From an uncultured Verrucomicrobiae bacterium (GTDB lineage Bacteria; Verrucomicrobiota; Verrucomicrobiia; Chthoniobacterales; UBA10450), in the NCBI GenBank assembly GCA_963772365.1, contig CAVYXA010000005.1, positions 64,001 through 128,000 of the forward strand: a stretch of 64,000 nucleotides of DNA, written 5' to 3'. Below the pieces are notes generated by a model, which saw nothing but the letters and a program-made list of their open reading frames with translations, had not been told where the DNA came from and ran no database searches. How positions within the stretch are numbered: position 1 is the stretch's first letter; every line of letters begins with the position of its first letter. Below are positions 10,624-19,829 of this stretch, piece after piece. The translations under genes and the position numbers were made by a program.

Positions 10624-12514
10624 ATGTGCGGCATAACAGGCCAGTTTAACTTTATCCGGCGCGAACCGGTCGAACCGGACACGATCCGGCGCATGACTGC
10701 GACGATCGTTCACCGCGGACCGGACGATGAAGGGTATTACATTGCCGGGGGCATCGGGCTGGGCGTTCGCCGATTGTCTATCATCGATATTGCGGGCGGG
10801 CATCAGCCGATGTCCGACGCGGAAGAGACTGTCTGGGTCGCGTTCAATGGTGAGATTTACAATTTCAAAGAACTTCGCATCGAACTCGAACAGCATGGTC
10901 ACCAATTCCGCACCAAGTCCGATACGGAGGTGATCATTCACGGTTATAAACAATGGGGAACGGAGATCTTGAATCATCTCAATGGGATGTTCGGACTCGC
11001 CATTTGGGACGTGAAAAAACAGAGACTCGTCGTGGCGCGCGATGCCATGGGCATCAAGCTAATCTATTATAGGATCGACAATGGACGGCTGACCTTTGGG
11101 TCCGAAATCCGGCCGCTTCTTGCCGCAGACGATTCCAAGCCGGATGTCGATCCGGTCGCGCTGAATCTCTTTCTTCGTTTTCGTTATACGCCATCGCCGT
11201 TAACCATTTACCAGGGCATTCGAAAACTCGCGCCCGGCACGATGCTGGTTTGCGAAGATGGCAAGTGTGAAGAGAAACGCTGGTATAACTTTGTCCGAAC
11301 TCCGTTTCCGGAACACAAGGGCGAACAAGAAAGACGCGAAGAACTGCTGGAGTTGTATCGCGCGGCGGTCCGGCGACATTTGTTGAGCGATGTCCCAGTT
11401 GGGATTCTTCTCAGCGGTGGGCTCGACTCGGGATTGCTCCTGGCGCTGATGAACGAGCAGGGCGGTCCCTGGCCGGCTTATACGATCGGCTACGGCGAAA
11501 CATTCGATGACGACGAGCTGGTCGATGCAGCCGAAACGGCGAGGGCATTGGGTGCGCGGCATGTCACGGTAAAACTCGATCGAGGCGAGTTTGAAAGATC
11601 GCTGCCTAAAATCGTGGAATGCCTCGAGGAACCGATTGCTGCTTCTTCCATTGTGCCGATGTATTTTATCTGTGAGCGGGCACGACAGGATGTAAAGGTC
11701 GCCTTGATCGGCCAGGGACCCGACGAACTATTCGGCGGCTACAAACGTCACCTCGGTGTGTCACTATGGCGATTGGTGGCGGCTTCTACCGAAGAGTGTC
11801 CGGTCCGCTTTTGGGTATGCGGTAAACGGGCTGCCCCGCAACGAGACTCTCAAACGCGGCGTCGCTTCGCTGGGGACAAACGATCGGTTGAAACGATACC
11901 AGGATGTATTCGCGCTGGCGCCGGCCGAGACGATCGACGGTTTGTTTCAGGATGGCCTATTTCGAAATGGCCGCAGCCATGGTTTGGCCGATTACTGGAG
12001 CGACCTCGTACCCCAAATGGTCCATACCGATGAGCTGGGCGGATTTCAGCTGCTCGAGATCCGGTCGTCGCTTCCAGACGAGCTGCTCATGTATGCGGAC
12101 AAGCTATCAATGGCCCACAGCTTGGAGGCGCGTGTGCCGTATCTCGACCGGACCGTGGTGGAATACGTCCAGAGATTAAACGCCGATCTCAAGATTCGGA
12201 ACGGCAGCCGGAAATGGCTCCACCGGCAGGTCTGCGCGAAATATTTGCCGCGCCGGATTCTCAAGGGAAAGAAGCGTGGCTTCGCCGTAAACGTGGTGGA
12301 CGATTGGTTTCGCTCATCGCTGAATGGGAAATTCCAGGAATCGCTGCTCGACGAAGGTTCGCTCATGTTCGGCCTGCTCAAGTCCGGAGCGATACGGGAA
12401 CTGGTGAACGACCATCAATCCGGGCGTCAGGACAATCACAAGGTGCTGTTCAGCCTGGTGATGTTCGAGCAGTGGCTGCGCAGCAAAACATCACTTGCTG
12501 GCAAAAATCAGTAG
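10624..12514 (+). CDS. asnB: Asparagine synthase (glutamine-hydrolysing)-like amidotransferase, frameshift near 11760
   Basis: MCGI, HRGPD, FNGEIYNF, LSGGLDS, DKLSMAHSLEARVP. Confidence 0.92.
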
Positions 12515-12519
12515 GACGG

Positions 12520-13557
12520 ATGAAATCTGCAATCAACAAGGCGTTTCTTTTTGCTTCCTATGGTTTCCCGCGGGCAATCCTTGCGAGGACCATTCATTTC
12601 CCCTTACTGGCACCGTTTTATCATCTGGTTAGTGATGATCACCCGCCACACATTAAGTATTTATTTCGTTATCGGACGATTGCCGAATTCAAAAGGGACA
12701 TAGAGTTTTTCTTACAAGATTACCACCCGATCAGTCTTGATGAAATCCTTCTACACATTAGAACGGGAAAAGCTCTGTCCCGAAAAAGCTTCTTTCTCTC
12801 TTTCGACGATGGACTACGCGAGATTCACGAAGTAATTGCACCGATTCTGAAGGAAAAAGGAATTCCGGCGACTTTCTTCGTGACAACCGCAACGCTCGAC
12901 AACGCCGACATGATCTACAGGCACAAAGCGAGCCTGATCGTTGATCAACTGATGAGAGTACAACAACAAAACATCGCAGAAGTGAAAAGAGTCCTGGGGA
13001 AAAGAGGAATCTACAATGACGATCTTGCGGCTGCAGTCCTTGGCGTAAAGTACAGGGACCGTGAAGTGCTCGATGACGTAGCACAATGCATCGAATTAGA
13101 CCTTAGAGAATACCTGGCTCGACGACGGCCCTACGCAAGCACTGGCGAAATCAAAAAGTTGATCTCAGAAGGGTTTACCATTGGTGCACACAGCGTTGAT
13201 CACCCGTTTTATCCAGAATTGCCCGTTGATGATCAATTGCGACAGACCAACGAAAGTCTCGAGATTGTCACCCGGCTATTTGGGCTTTCCTACAGAGCTT
13301 TCGCTTTTCCCTTCGGGGATAATGGAGTTCCAAAGCGATTTTTTAATCAAGTCCTGGCAGAAAACGCAGCCGATGTCCTGTTCGGTAGCAGCAGCTCATT
13401 TTGGAACGACGAATATTATCCGTTCGCTGTTCAGAGGCTCGGTATGGAGAGCGGATTTCATAGAGCGGCGGATAATCTGCGCGTCGCTGAGATCAAGTTC
13501 GGACTAAGAGTGATGATTGGCAGGTCGAACGTTAGAAGATCGAGTGGTAGAAATTAA
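12520..13557 (+). CDS. Polysaccharide deacetylase (CE4)
   Basis: FYH, LSFDDG, IGAHSVDHP, FAFPFG. Confidence 0.88.
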   Translation: MKSAINKAFLFASYGFPRAILARTIHFPLLAPFYHLVSDDHPPHIKYLFRYRTIAEFKRDIEFFLQDYHPISLDEILLHIRTGKALSRKSFFLSFDDGLREIHEVIAPILKEKGIPATFFVTTATLDNADMIYRHKASLIVDQLMRVQQQNIAEVKRVLGKRGIYNDDLAAAVLGVKYRDREVLDDVAQCIELDLREYLARRRPYASTGEIKKLISEGFTIGAHSVDHPFYPELPVDDQLRQTNESLEIVTRLFGLSYRAFAFPFGDNGVPKRFFNQVLAENAADVLFGSSSSFWNDEYYPFAVQRLGMESGFHRAADNLRVAEIKFGLRVMIGRSNVRRSSGRN

Positions 13558-14653
13558 GCAATACACACTGGCCGATTTGAGCGAGCTGGTGCACTCGAAC
13601 AGTTTTTGGAATGGAGATTTGATTCCAATTACAAAGCATCGCGCATTGTCCCAAGTCAAAAACCCACGCGCCCACCCGGAAGACGTTGTTTTGCTTGTCG
13701 CCCGAGACGGGGACACAATTTGTGGATTTACCGGTGTGTTGCCTGACCTCATTTTCTTGCCGGAAGAAACGCTCAGAGTAGGATGGCTTACGGCATGGTG
13801 GAGGAAACCCGGTTCACGATATGCAGGGATAGGGTCGAAGCTTCTGATGAGGGCGTTAGAGCTTTATCAGGGAGCAATTTGCGTGGAACCGCCTTCAGAG
13901 TCTGCCAGGAAGGTCCTGGAGAGGTCAGGACAATTCGTAACCCTGCAGGAGAACACGGAGGTGCGAGCGATCATAAGAGTGAATACGCGCTCTATTCTTT
14001 CTCGAAAGATTCCTGCATTGAAGAAATTCGGATTGTTTCTTGGACTGCCCGATAGTCTGGCGAACATTTTTTGCCGAGCGAGATTGCGATTTTGGACGGC
14101 GCGGCATGGAATCTCCGGAGCGCTGCGGGTCGAGTATATTACTGCAGTCGACCCTGAAACAGCCGATTTCGTAAACAAGCTCCGGGACCATGATTTGCAC
14201 AGAATGGGTGCGCCCGAGTTAAACTGGATTGCCCAGAGTCCGTGGATTTTAACGGCGCCTTTGAAGGAGGGAACGGTAAAGAACTACTATTTTTCAGCGA
14301 CCGCTAAAGAATCACTTTGTTTGATGATAAAGATTCTCGAATCTAAGGGCTCTCTGATTGGTTTTGCGATCCTGACGTTAATCAATGGGCACTTAAGAGT
14401 CCCATACTGTTACATGCAGCCCGAGCATGCCGATGAAGTATTTCGAGTCATCGGCGAACATGCGGTCGCCCTGCGAGCCGAAAGTCTCACCCTTGGTCGA
14501 TCGGAATTAAAAGCGAGTATGCGTCGCCTGAGGTTTCCATGTCTCCTAAGGAGCCAGAGGCTGCGCCGGTGGACGATTGGGAATCTGTACGCTGGCAAGG
14601 TCACACGCTGTGCTCAAATTCAGGATGGAGCCGGAGACTGCGCATTTTTTTAG
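13517..14653 (+). CDS. GNAT-fold acyltransferase
   Basis: WLTAWW...YAGIGSKLL motif A-like; start may be GTG at 13544. Confidence 0.65.
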   Translation: MAGRTLEDRVVEIKQYTLADLSELVHSNSFWNGDLIPITKHRALSQVKNPRAHPEDVVLLVARDGDTICGFTGVLPDLIFLPEETLRVGWLTAWWRKPGSRYAGIGSKLLMRALELYQGAICVEPPSESARKVLERSGQFVTLQENTEVRAIIRVNTRSILSRKIPALKKFGLFLGLPDSLANIFCRARLRFWTARHGISGALRVEYITAVDPETADFVNKLRDHDLHRMGAPELNWIAQSPWILTAPLKEGTVKNYYFSATAKESLCLMIKILESKGSLIGFAILTLINGHLRVPYCYMQPEHADEVFRVIGEHAVALRAESLTLGRSELKASMRRLRFPCLLRSQRLRRWTIGNLYAGKVTRCAQIQDGAGDCAFF

Positions 14654-14753
14654 AGTTCTGAAACCGGCTTTCGGCGGGTTAGCGGAGCCAGCGGATCTGT
14701 GTTGGAAACGGTCGGAAGCACTGAATAATAAGCCGTAGGGCTTTTGTGAATCG

Positions 14754-15755
14754 GTGAGTGACGTGTCTAATAACTCTGCAAATGTCAGAATTTTTGAGGA
14801 GACAATCCGCTTCAGGGGCGTCCCTGTGCGGCGAACCGCTGTGTTGGTTGATCATCAAACATTCATCATTTCGGGAAAGTTTCTGAGAACGGCAAGCTTG
14901 AAAAGAGAGTGGCAGGAGGATGTGAGCGACCCGAGAACGGTCATTCAAGCACTAACGAGTGACCTTGCGAGACCCGATCTGCTGAAGTTCTGGCAGAGGG
15001 TTCCCGACATTGCTGCCAAGTTTGGCTACTACAAGGAATGGCGGCAAATTGCCGCGATCCCGATCACCAGTTACAAGCAATGGTTTGAAAAACAAATCAG
15101 TCCCAAGGCGCGAAACAAAATTCGAAAGTCGCAGAAACTTGGGGTCGTTGTCAGACAGGTCGATCTTAATGACGACTTTGTTAGCGGCGTCATGGCAATC
15201 TACAACCAATCTCCGATCCGGCGCGGGAAGCCGTTCTGGCATTACGGAAAAGATTTCGAGACGGTAAAGAGCGAATTATCGGCTGATTTGGACAGCTCTG
15301 TTCTTATCGGTGCCTATTACAAGGAAGAGCTAATCGGTTTCATTAAGTTTATGATCACCGACAGATACGCGATGACGCTGTTGATTCTGGATAAGATATC
15401 GCATCGCGACAAAGCGCCAATGAACGCGATGATCGCAAAGATCGTGGAGATTTGCGCCGACGAGAAGATTCCATATTTCACCTATACAGTGTGGCGGCGG
15501 GGCGAGCATGGTCAGTTTCAAGAAAGTGTTGGATTCAAAAAAATCCCAGTGCCCGAATACTTCGTTCCTTTGACAGCAAAGGGGAAATTAGCTTTGTGGC
15601 TCGGGTTACATAAAGGACTCAAGGGAGCGCTCCCAGAAAAAATAATGGTTTGGCTGTTAACAATGAGAGCGAAATGGTACGCAATGAAGTATTCTAAAAA
15701 ACACCGTACCCGATTGAACGCTGGGCACAAATCCATGGCGGTATCCTCGACCTAG
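14754..15755 (+). CDS. FemAB/FemX-like GNAT-fold transferase
   Basis: WFEKQISPKARNKIRKSQKLGVVVR basic helix; APMNAMI...GQFQESVGF resembles the Fem C-terminal motif. Confidence 0.6.
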   Translation: MSDVSNNSANVRIFEETIRFRGVPVRRTAVLVDHQTFIISGKFLRTASLKREWQEDVSDPRTVIQALTSDLARPDLLKFWQRVPDIAAKFGYYKEWRQIAAIPITSYKQWFEKQISPKARNKIRKSQKLGVVVRQVDLNDDFVSGVMAIYNQSPIRRGKPFWHYGKDFETVKSELSADLDSSVLIGAYYKEELIGFIKFMITDRYAMTLLILDKISHRDKAPMNAMIAKIVEICADEKIPYFTYTVWRRGEHGQFQESVGFKKIPVPEYFVPLTAKGKLALWLGLHKGLKGALPEKIMVWLLTMRAKWYAMKYSKKHRTRLNAGHKSMAVSST

Positions 15756-15808
15756 CCTCGTTTTCGGTTCCTCGTGATTTAGCGCGTACGGACTACGTAC
15801 TGAAACTG

Positions 15809-16810
15809 ATGAAAAGCCCAATATTTATTGTGGGGCCGCACCGAAGCGGGAGCACGCTTTGGCATAATCTCATTGCGATGTGTCCAGGCGTCATGAGATT
15901 GGGCGATCCGCGGTTTCTCGCGCGGCGGGGACAACTCGATTTCAGATTCTTTCTTAACACACAGGCTCGTAACCTGGCGACGATCGAAGAGAGCGAAACT
16001 CTGGTCGAGCTCTGTTTCTCGAAAAAGCGCATCCCAGGTCTGGAAGGCGCTTTCTGGAGATTTGAAGGCATTCCCGCGGTGGACGATCCCGAATTGCGAA
16101 AGGAAGTTGCTCGCCGGATTTTTGAATCGGATCGGAGCTCGGGAACGATCGCGCGGATTTTGATTGAAGAGATCACGAGGTTTAGCGGATGTGAGCGGGC
16201 CTGCATCAAGTTTCCTGTCGATGTTGCGCATATCTCGGAGCTGATGGAATGGTTTCCGGAGGGGAAGGTTGTTCATATCACGCGGGATCCCCGAGCCTTG
16301 GCGATGTCGAAGAGCAACGATCCGTCCGGAACGGCGATTAAACTGGTGAAACATCCGCGGTTTGCCTGGCTGATAAGAAAGGCGAGCATCTGGGCGACAA
16401 TTGTTCAGTATCGCCTCAGTGCGCAAGTGCATCAGCAGTTTCAGGGGCGAACGAATTACCAGTTGTTTCGATATGAAGATTTATTGGCCGATCCGGAACA
16501 GATTTTGCGTGAGCTTTGCGAATTCATCGACACCGATTTTCAGGAAGAGATGCTTGAACCGCAAATGGGCCGCCATGAACATCAGCCGTCGAGCCTGACT
16601 GGCAAACGGCAGAAAGCGTTCGACCCAGCCGCAGCGGACCGATGGAGAAATGTGATTCCGCGAATAGATTACTGGCTGATCACCTGCTTTACGCACGGCA
16701 GCATGAAAACATTGGGATACGGAGACAGACGTCAGAAGTCACAAGTCAGAAATCAGCACTCGAAACACGACAATAGCTCGGACGTAGTTGAGTATTTCGC
16801 TGACCGCTGA
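15809..16810 (+). CDS. Sulfotransferase
   Basis: IFIVGPHRSGST (5'PSB), RDPRA..S (3'PB), RYEDL. Confidence 0.92.
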   Translation: MKSPIFIVGPHRSGSTLWHNLIAMCPGVMRLGDPRFLARRGQLDFRFFLNTQARNLATIEESETLVELCFSKKRIPGLEGAFWRFEGIPAVDDPELRKEVARRIFESDRSSGTIARILIEEITRFSGCERACIKFPVDVAHISELMEWFPEGKVVHITRDPRALAMSKSNDPSGTAIKLVKHPRFAWLIRKASIWATIVQYRLSAQVHQQFQGRTNYQLFRYEDLLADPEQILRELCEFIDTDFQEEMLEPQMGRHEHQPSSLTGKRQKAFDPAAADRWRNVIPRIDYWLITCFTHGSMKTLGYGDRRQKSQVRNQHSKHDNSSDVVEYFADR

Positions 16811-16851
16811 CCACTGATCGCTGTCTTCTGTCCTCCGTCGTCGGTCCTCTG
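16726..16851. repeat. Inverted heptamer arms (TCAG / CTGA grading into CTGT and CCGT)
   Basis: cagacgtcagaagtcacaagtcagaaatcagc ... gctgaccgctgaccactgatcgctgtcttctgtcctccgtcgtc. Confidence 0.8.
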
Positions 16852-16872
16852 TTTTGTTTTGGAATCTAATTT

Positions 16873-16963
16873 GGAGAGGTGGCTGAGTGGTTTAAGGCAG
16901 CAGCTCGAAAGAGCTGCTATACGGCAGCGGCCGTATCGGAGGTTCGAATCCTTCCCCTCTCCG
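16873..16963 (+). ncRNA. tRNA-Ser-like RNA with a non-canonical anticodon arm (7-bp stem + GAAA tetraloop)
   Basis: Acceptor GGAGAGG/CCTCTCC, G73, Ser-type D-arm GCTGAGTGGTTTAAGGC, 7-bp variable arm, TTCGAAT T-loop; anticodon arm GCAGCTC-GAAA-GAGCTGC; no encoded CCA. Confidence 0.85.
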
Positions 16964-16971
16964 CTCTTCCA

Positions 16972-17082
16972 AAACTGAAATACTGAAAACTGAAACGCTG
17001 AAAATTCCAGCATGTCCGCCTTTCCCGCTTTTGTGTTCTCTGACTTCAGTTTTTCCTTTTATCAGAGTTTCAGATTTTTAGC
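16972..17082. repeat. CTGAAA-type 7/8-nt repeats with inverted TTCAG partner
   Basis: ctgaaata-ctgaaaa-ctgaaacg-ctgaaa ... ttcagtttt...tttcagatttttagc. Confidence 0.75.
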
Positions 17083-17089
17083 GTAACTT

Positions 17090-18964
17090 ATGCCTGGCAT
17101 AGTTGGAATCGTTAGCCGCCGGCCGGCAGGCCAATGCGAGTCCCTGGTTTACTCAATGGCGGCTACGATGCAGCATGAGAGCTTTTACAAATCGGGAGCC
17201 CATTCTGCTCCGGAGCTGGGAATCTACGCGGCTTGGGTTGCGCATGAGAACTCGTTTGCCGCGAGTCAGGCCTTCTTCAACGAGCAACAGGATGTCGCGC
17301 TCCTCTTTTCGGGCGAATGCTTCGCGGATCCGGAAATTGTGTCCAACCTCCGGGAAAAAGGCCATAACATCACGACAACGAGGGACTGGTTAGTTCATCT
17401 CTACGAAGATGAAGGGGACAGATTTTTTGAAAAATTGAACGGCCTCTTTAGCGGATTGTTGATTGATAAACGACAGCGAAAAACATTTCTCTTCAACGAC
17501 CGGTACGGACTGGAACGCATCTATTTTCACGAACGGGATAACGATCTCTATTTTGCCAGCGAGGCGAAGGCTTTGTTGCGAGTTCTGCCCGAGCTAAGGG
17601 GATTTGATCGGGAGGGTGTCGCGCAGTTCGTCGCTTTCGGGTGTACGCTGCAAACACGAACGTTATTTCGGGGCGTTGAAATGCTCCCAGGAGCGTCGTG
17701 CTGGGCATTTGAAAACGGAACGTGCCGGAAACGAACTTATTTCTCTCCGAAGCAATGGGAGGAGCAAAGCTTCCTTTCGCCCGATGAATTTGAAACCCAG
17801 TTTCAAGAGACATTTGCAGAGATATTGCCCAAGTACTTCGAATCGGAATCAAAAATCGGTATCTCGCTAACCGCCGGTTTGGATTCCCGAATGATTATGG
17901 CGTGTCTTCCAGGAACAAAACAGCCGCCTGTTTGTTATACATTCTCCGGCCAACATCGGGATACGTTAGATGCCCGTCTGGCGGCCCAGGTTGCGAAAGC
18001 CTGTGGCCTGGAACACAAAACTTTTCCCGTTCGTCCCGATTTTTTCTCCGACTTCAGATCTCTTGTCGATCAAACCGTTTACCTCAGCGACGGCTATCTG
18101 GGAGTTCTCGGCGCACATGAGATTTACTTTAACGGGCGGGCGCGCCAGTTGGCGCCCGTGCGAATCACCGGAAATTTCGGAAGCGAGATCCTTCGAAACG
18201 TTTCGACGTTCAAGTCGCGTCGGCTTTCACCTGAACTGATCAATCCGGATGTTCTTCGAGATACAGGTGACGTAGCGTCTGCTCTCGATCGAAACCGATG
18301 TAACCCGGTCAGTTTTGCGGCATTCCGGGAAATACCGTGGAAAAGATTTGGAATCCTGAAGGCGGGAAGTTCTCAATGTGCTTTTCGAACTCCTTATCTT
18401 GATAATCGACTTGTAGGCCTGGCCTATCGAGCCCCTGAAAGCCTCCGCAACTCCCCGTATCCGGCGCTGCGTCTTGTGGAGAAGAACCATCGGGGTCTTA
18501 CTCAAATTCCGACAGACATGGGGTTCACTATATATAATCGGAAGGCTCCTCTGTTTCGAAATGCGTTTTTCAAGGCGACCTTCAAACTGGATTATCTCTA
18601 CAATGATGGTCTGCCTCACTTTCTATCTTCGCTAGACCCATTTTTTAGGGGAGTGCATTTGAGGTCAGGTCTTTTGGGCCTTCACAAATTCCTTCATTAC
18701 CGAACATGGTTTCAGCATGAGCTTGCGAACTATATTGTTGAAAGTTTGGAAGGCGCGCGAACAAACGCGGACTGTTTCTGGAATCCTCGTTTTCTTGAAC
18801 ACGTTGGGATAGGCCATACGCGCGGCCGAAAGAACTACCTCCAGGAGATCGACATCGTGCTGACCTTGCAAGCTGTCGAGCGACTGCTTTTTACAGATCT
18901 GCCTCGCTCCATTAATCCAGTTCCGACTTCCATCCGATCGGTTGAACTGGCAACAGCACATTAG
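17090..18964 (+). CDS. Asparagine synthase-related ATP-dependent ligase lacking the N-terminal Cys
   Basis: MPGIVGI (Pro in place of Cys), DRYG, FASEAKAL, SLTAGLDSR, RTPYLD. Confidence 0.8.
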   Translation: MPGIVGIVSRRPAGQCESLVYSMAATMQHESFYKSGAHSAPELGIYAAWVAHENSFAASQAFFNEQQDVALLFSGECFADPEIVSNLREKGHNITTTRDWLVHLYEDEGDRFFEKLNGLFSGLLIDKRQRKTFLFNDRYGLERIYFHERDNDLYFASEAKALLRVLPELRGFDREGVAQFVAFGCTLQTRTLFRGVEMLPGASCWAFENGTCRKRTYFSPKQWEEQSFLSPDEFETQFQETFAEILPKYFESESKIGISLTAGLDSRMIMACLPGTKQPPVCYTFSGQHRDTLDARLAAQVAKACGLEHKTFPVRPDFFSDFRSLVDQTVYLSDGYLGVLGAHEIYFNGRARQLAPVRITGNFGSEILRNVSTFKSRRLSPELINPDVLRDTGDVASALDRNRCNPVSFAAFREIPWKRFGILKAGSSQCAFRTPYLDNRLVGLAYRAPESLRNSPYPALRLVEKNHRGLTQIPTDMGFTIYNRKAPLFRNAFFKATFKLDYLYNDGLPHFLSSLDPFFRGVHLRSGLLGLHKFLHYRTWFQHELANYIVESLEGARTNADCFWNPRFLEHVGIGHTRGRKNYLQEIDIVLTLQAVERLLFTDLPRSINPVPTSIRSVELATAH

Positions 18965-18971
18965 CGGTCGT

Positions 18972-19757
18972 ATGTTTATTGCGTCTGACTTTGTCGTAGT
19001 TCACTTGTCGAAAACTGGCGGCACATTCGTAGAACGAACGCTGCGCGAGATGTTTTGTTCTAGCGCACTGGGCCGCAAGATCCACCGGCTAAAGACAAGA
19101 TATGGCGTGCCGATCCCTTTTTATCCTTATCGATACGACGAACAATGCGATCAACACGCTCTCTGTAATGACATTCCCGAATCGCAGCGTGGCAAGACGA
19201 TTATGTCATGCATTCGTAATCCATTCGATCTGTACGTGTCGGAATATACCTTTGGATGGTGGAAGAAACATCCGGGAAAATGGTTTCACGATCTCCCCGC
19301 GTTCGAGAAGCTTTATCCTGATTGGCGTAGCTTTAGTTTTGGAGAGTTCTTCTCAATATCCTGCCGCCATGCATCGTGGGTTCAACGGACTTTGGCGGAG
19401 TATCCTAAAGCCAATCGGCTAGGCTGGTTTTCACATAAATTCGTCTACTACTACTGTCGCGATTACGACTATGTTTTCCAAGCGGTCGAGGATCCCGATC
19501 TTTTCTTCAATCGGGTCAAAGAAACCATGTATCCGGTTCACTTCATCCATACAGAACAACTAAACCGCGAGCTCTACGCATTTCTTCTGGCCAAGGGTTA
19601 CGCCGAGGAGCGAATCGCTTCTATTCCGACAAAAGAGAAAATCAACACGAGTCGAAAAGATTACAATTGGCGGAAGTGGTATGACGAGGAATTGCGGCGT
19701 GGGATTGAAGAGAAAGATGCATTGATCTTTCGATTGTTTCCCGAGTTTCAGTTTTAG
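18972..19757 (+). CDS. Sulfotransferase-like protein
   Basis: VHLSKTGGTF, IRNPFDLYVSEY. Confidence 0.75.
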   Translation: MFIASDFVVVHLSKTGGTFVERTLREMFCSSALGRKIHRLKTRYGVPIPFYPYRYDEQCDQHALCNDIPESQRGKTIMSCIRNPFDLYVSEYTFGWWKKHPGKWFHDLPAFEKLYPDWRSFSFGEFFSISCRHASWVQRTLAEYPKANRLGWFSHKFVYYYCRDYDYVFQAVEDPDLFFNRVKETMYPVHFIHTEQLNRELYAFLLAKGYAEERIASIPTKEKINTSRKDYNWRKWYDEELRRGIEEKDALIFRLFPEFQF

Positions 19758-19829
19758 GGTTCGGCGAACGGTTCGTGGTTGTCAGCAAATGAGATCGGTC
19801 AACGGATTGAAATCAGAGGCGGTTTCGCA

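Noticed and set aside
12214..12519. N-terminal extension of the deacetylase ORF
   Set aside because: Overlaps the asnB 3' end in another frame; ATG 12520 is the plausible start.
16873..16963. Ordinary tRNA-Ser(CGA) or a quadruplet-decoding tRNA
   Set aside because: A CTCGAAA loop leaves the adjacent stem positions mismatched (G-G, A-A). The 8-nt loop reading lacks U33 and closes into a GNRA hairpin. Deleting one A still leaves C33.
16753..17013. 86-aa minus-strand ORF
   Set aside because: Antisense shadow of the tRNA-like RNA and repeats.
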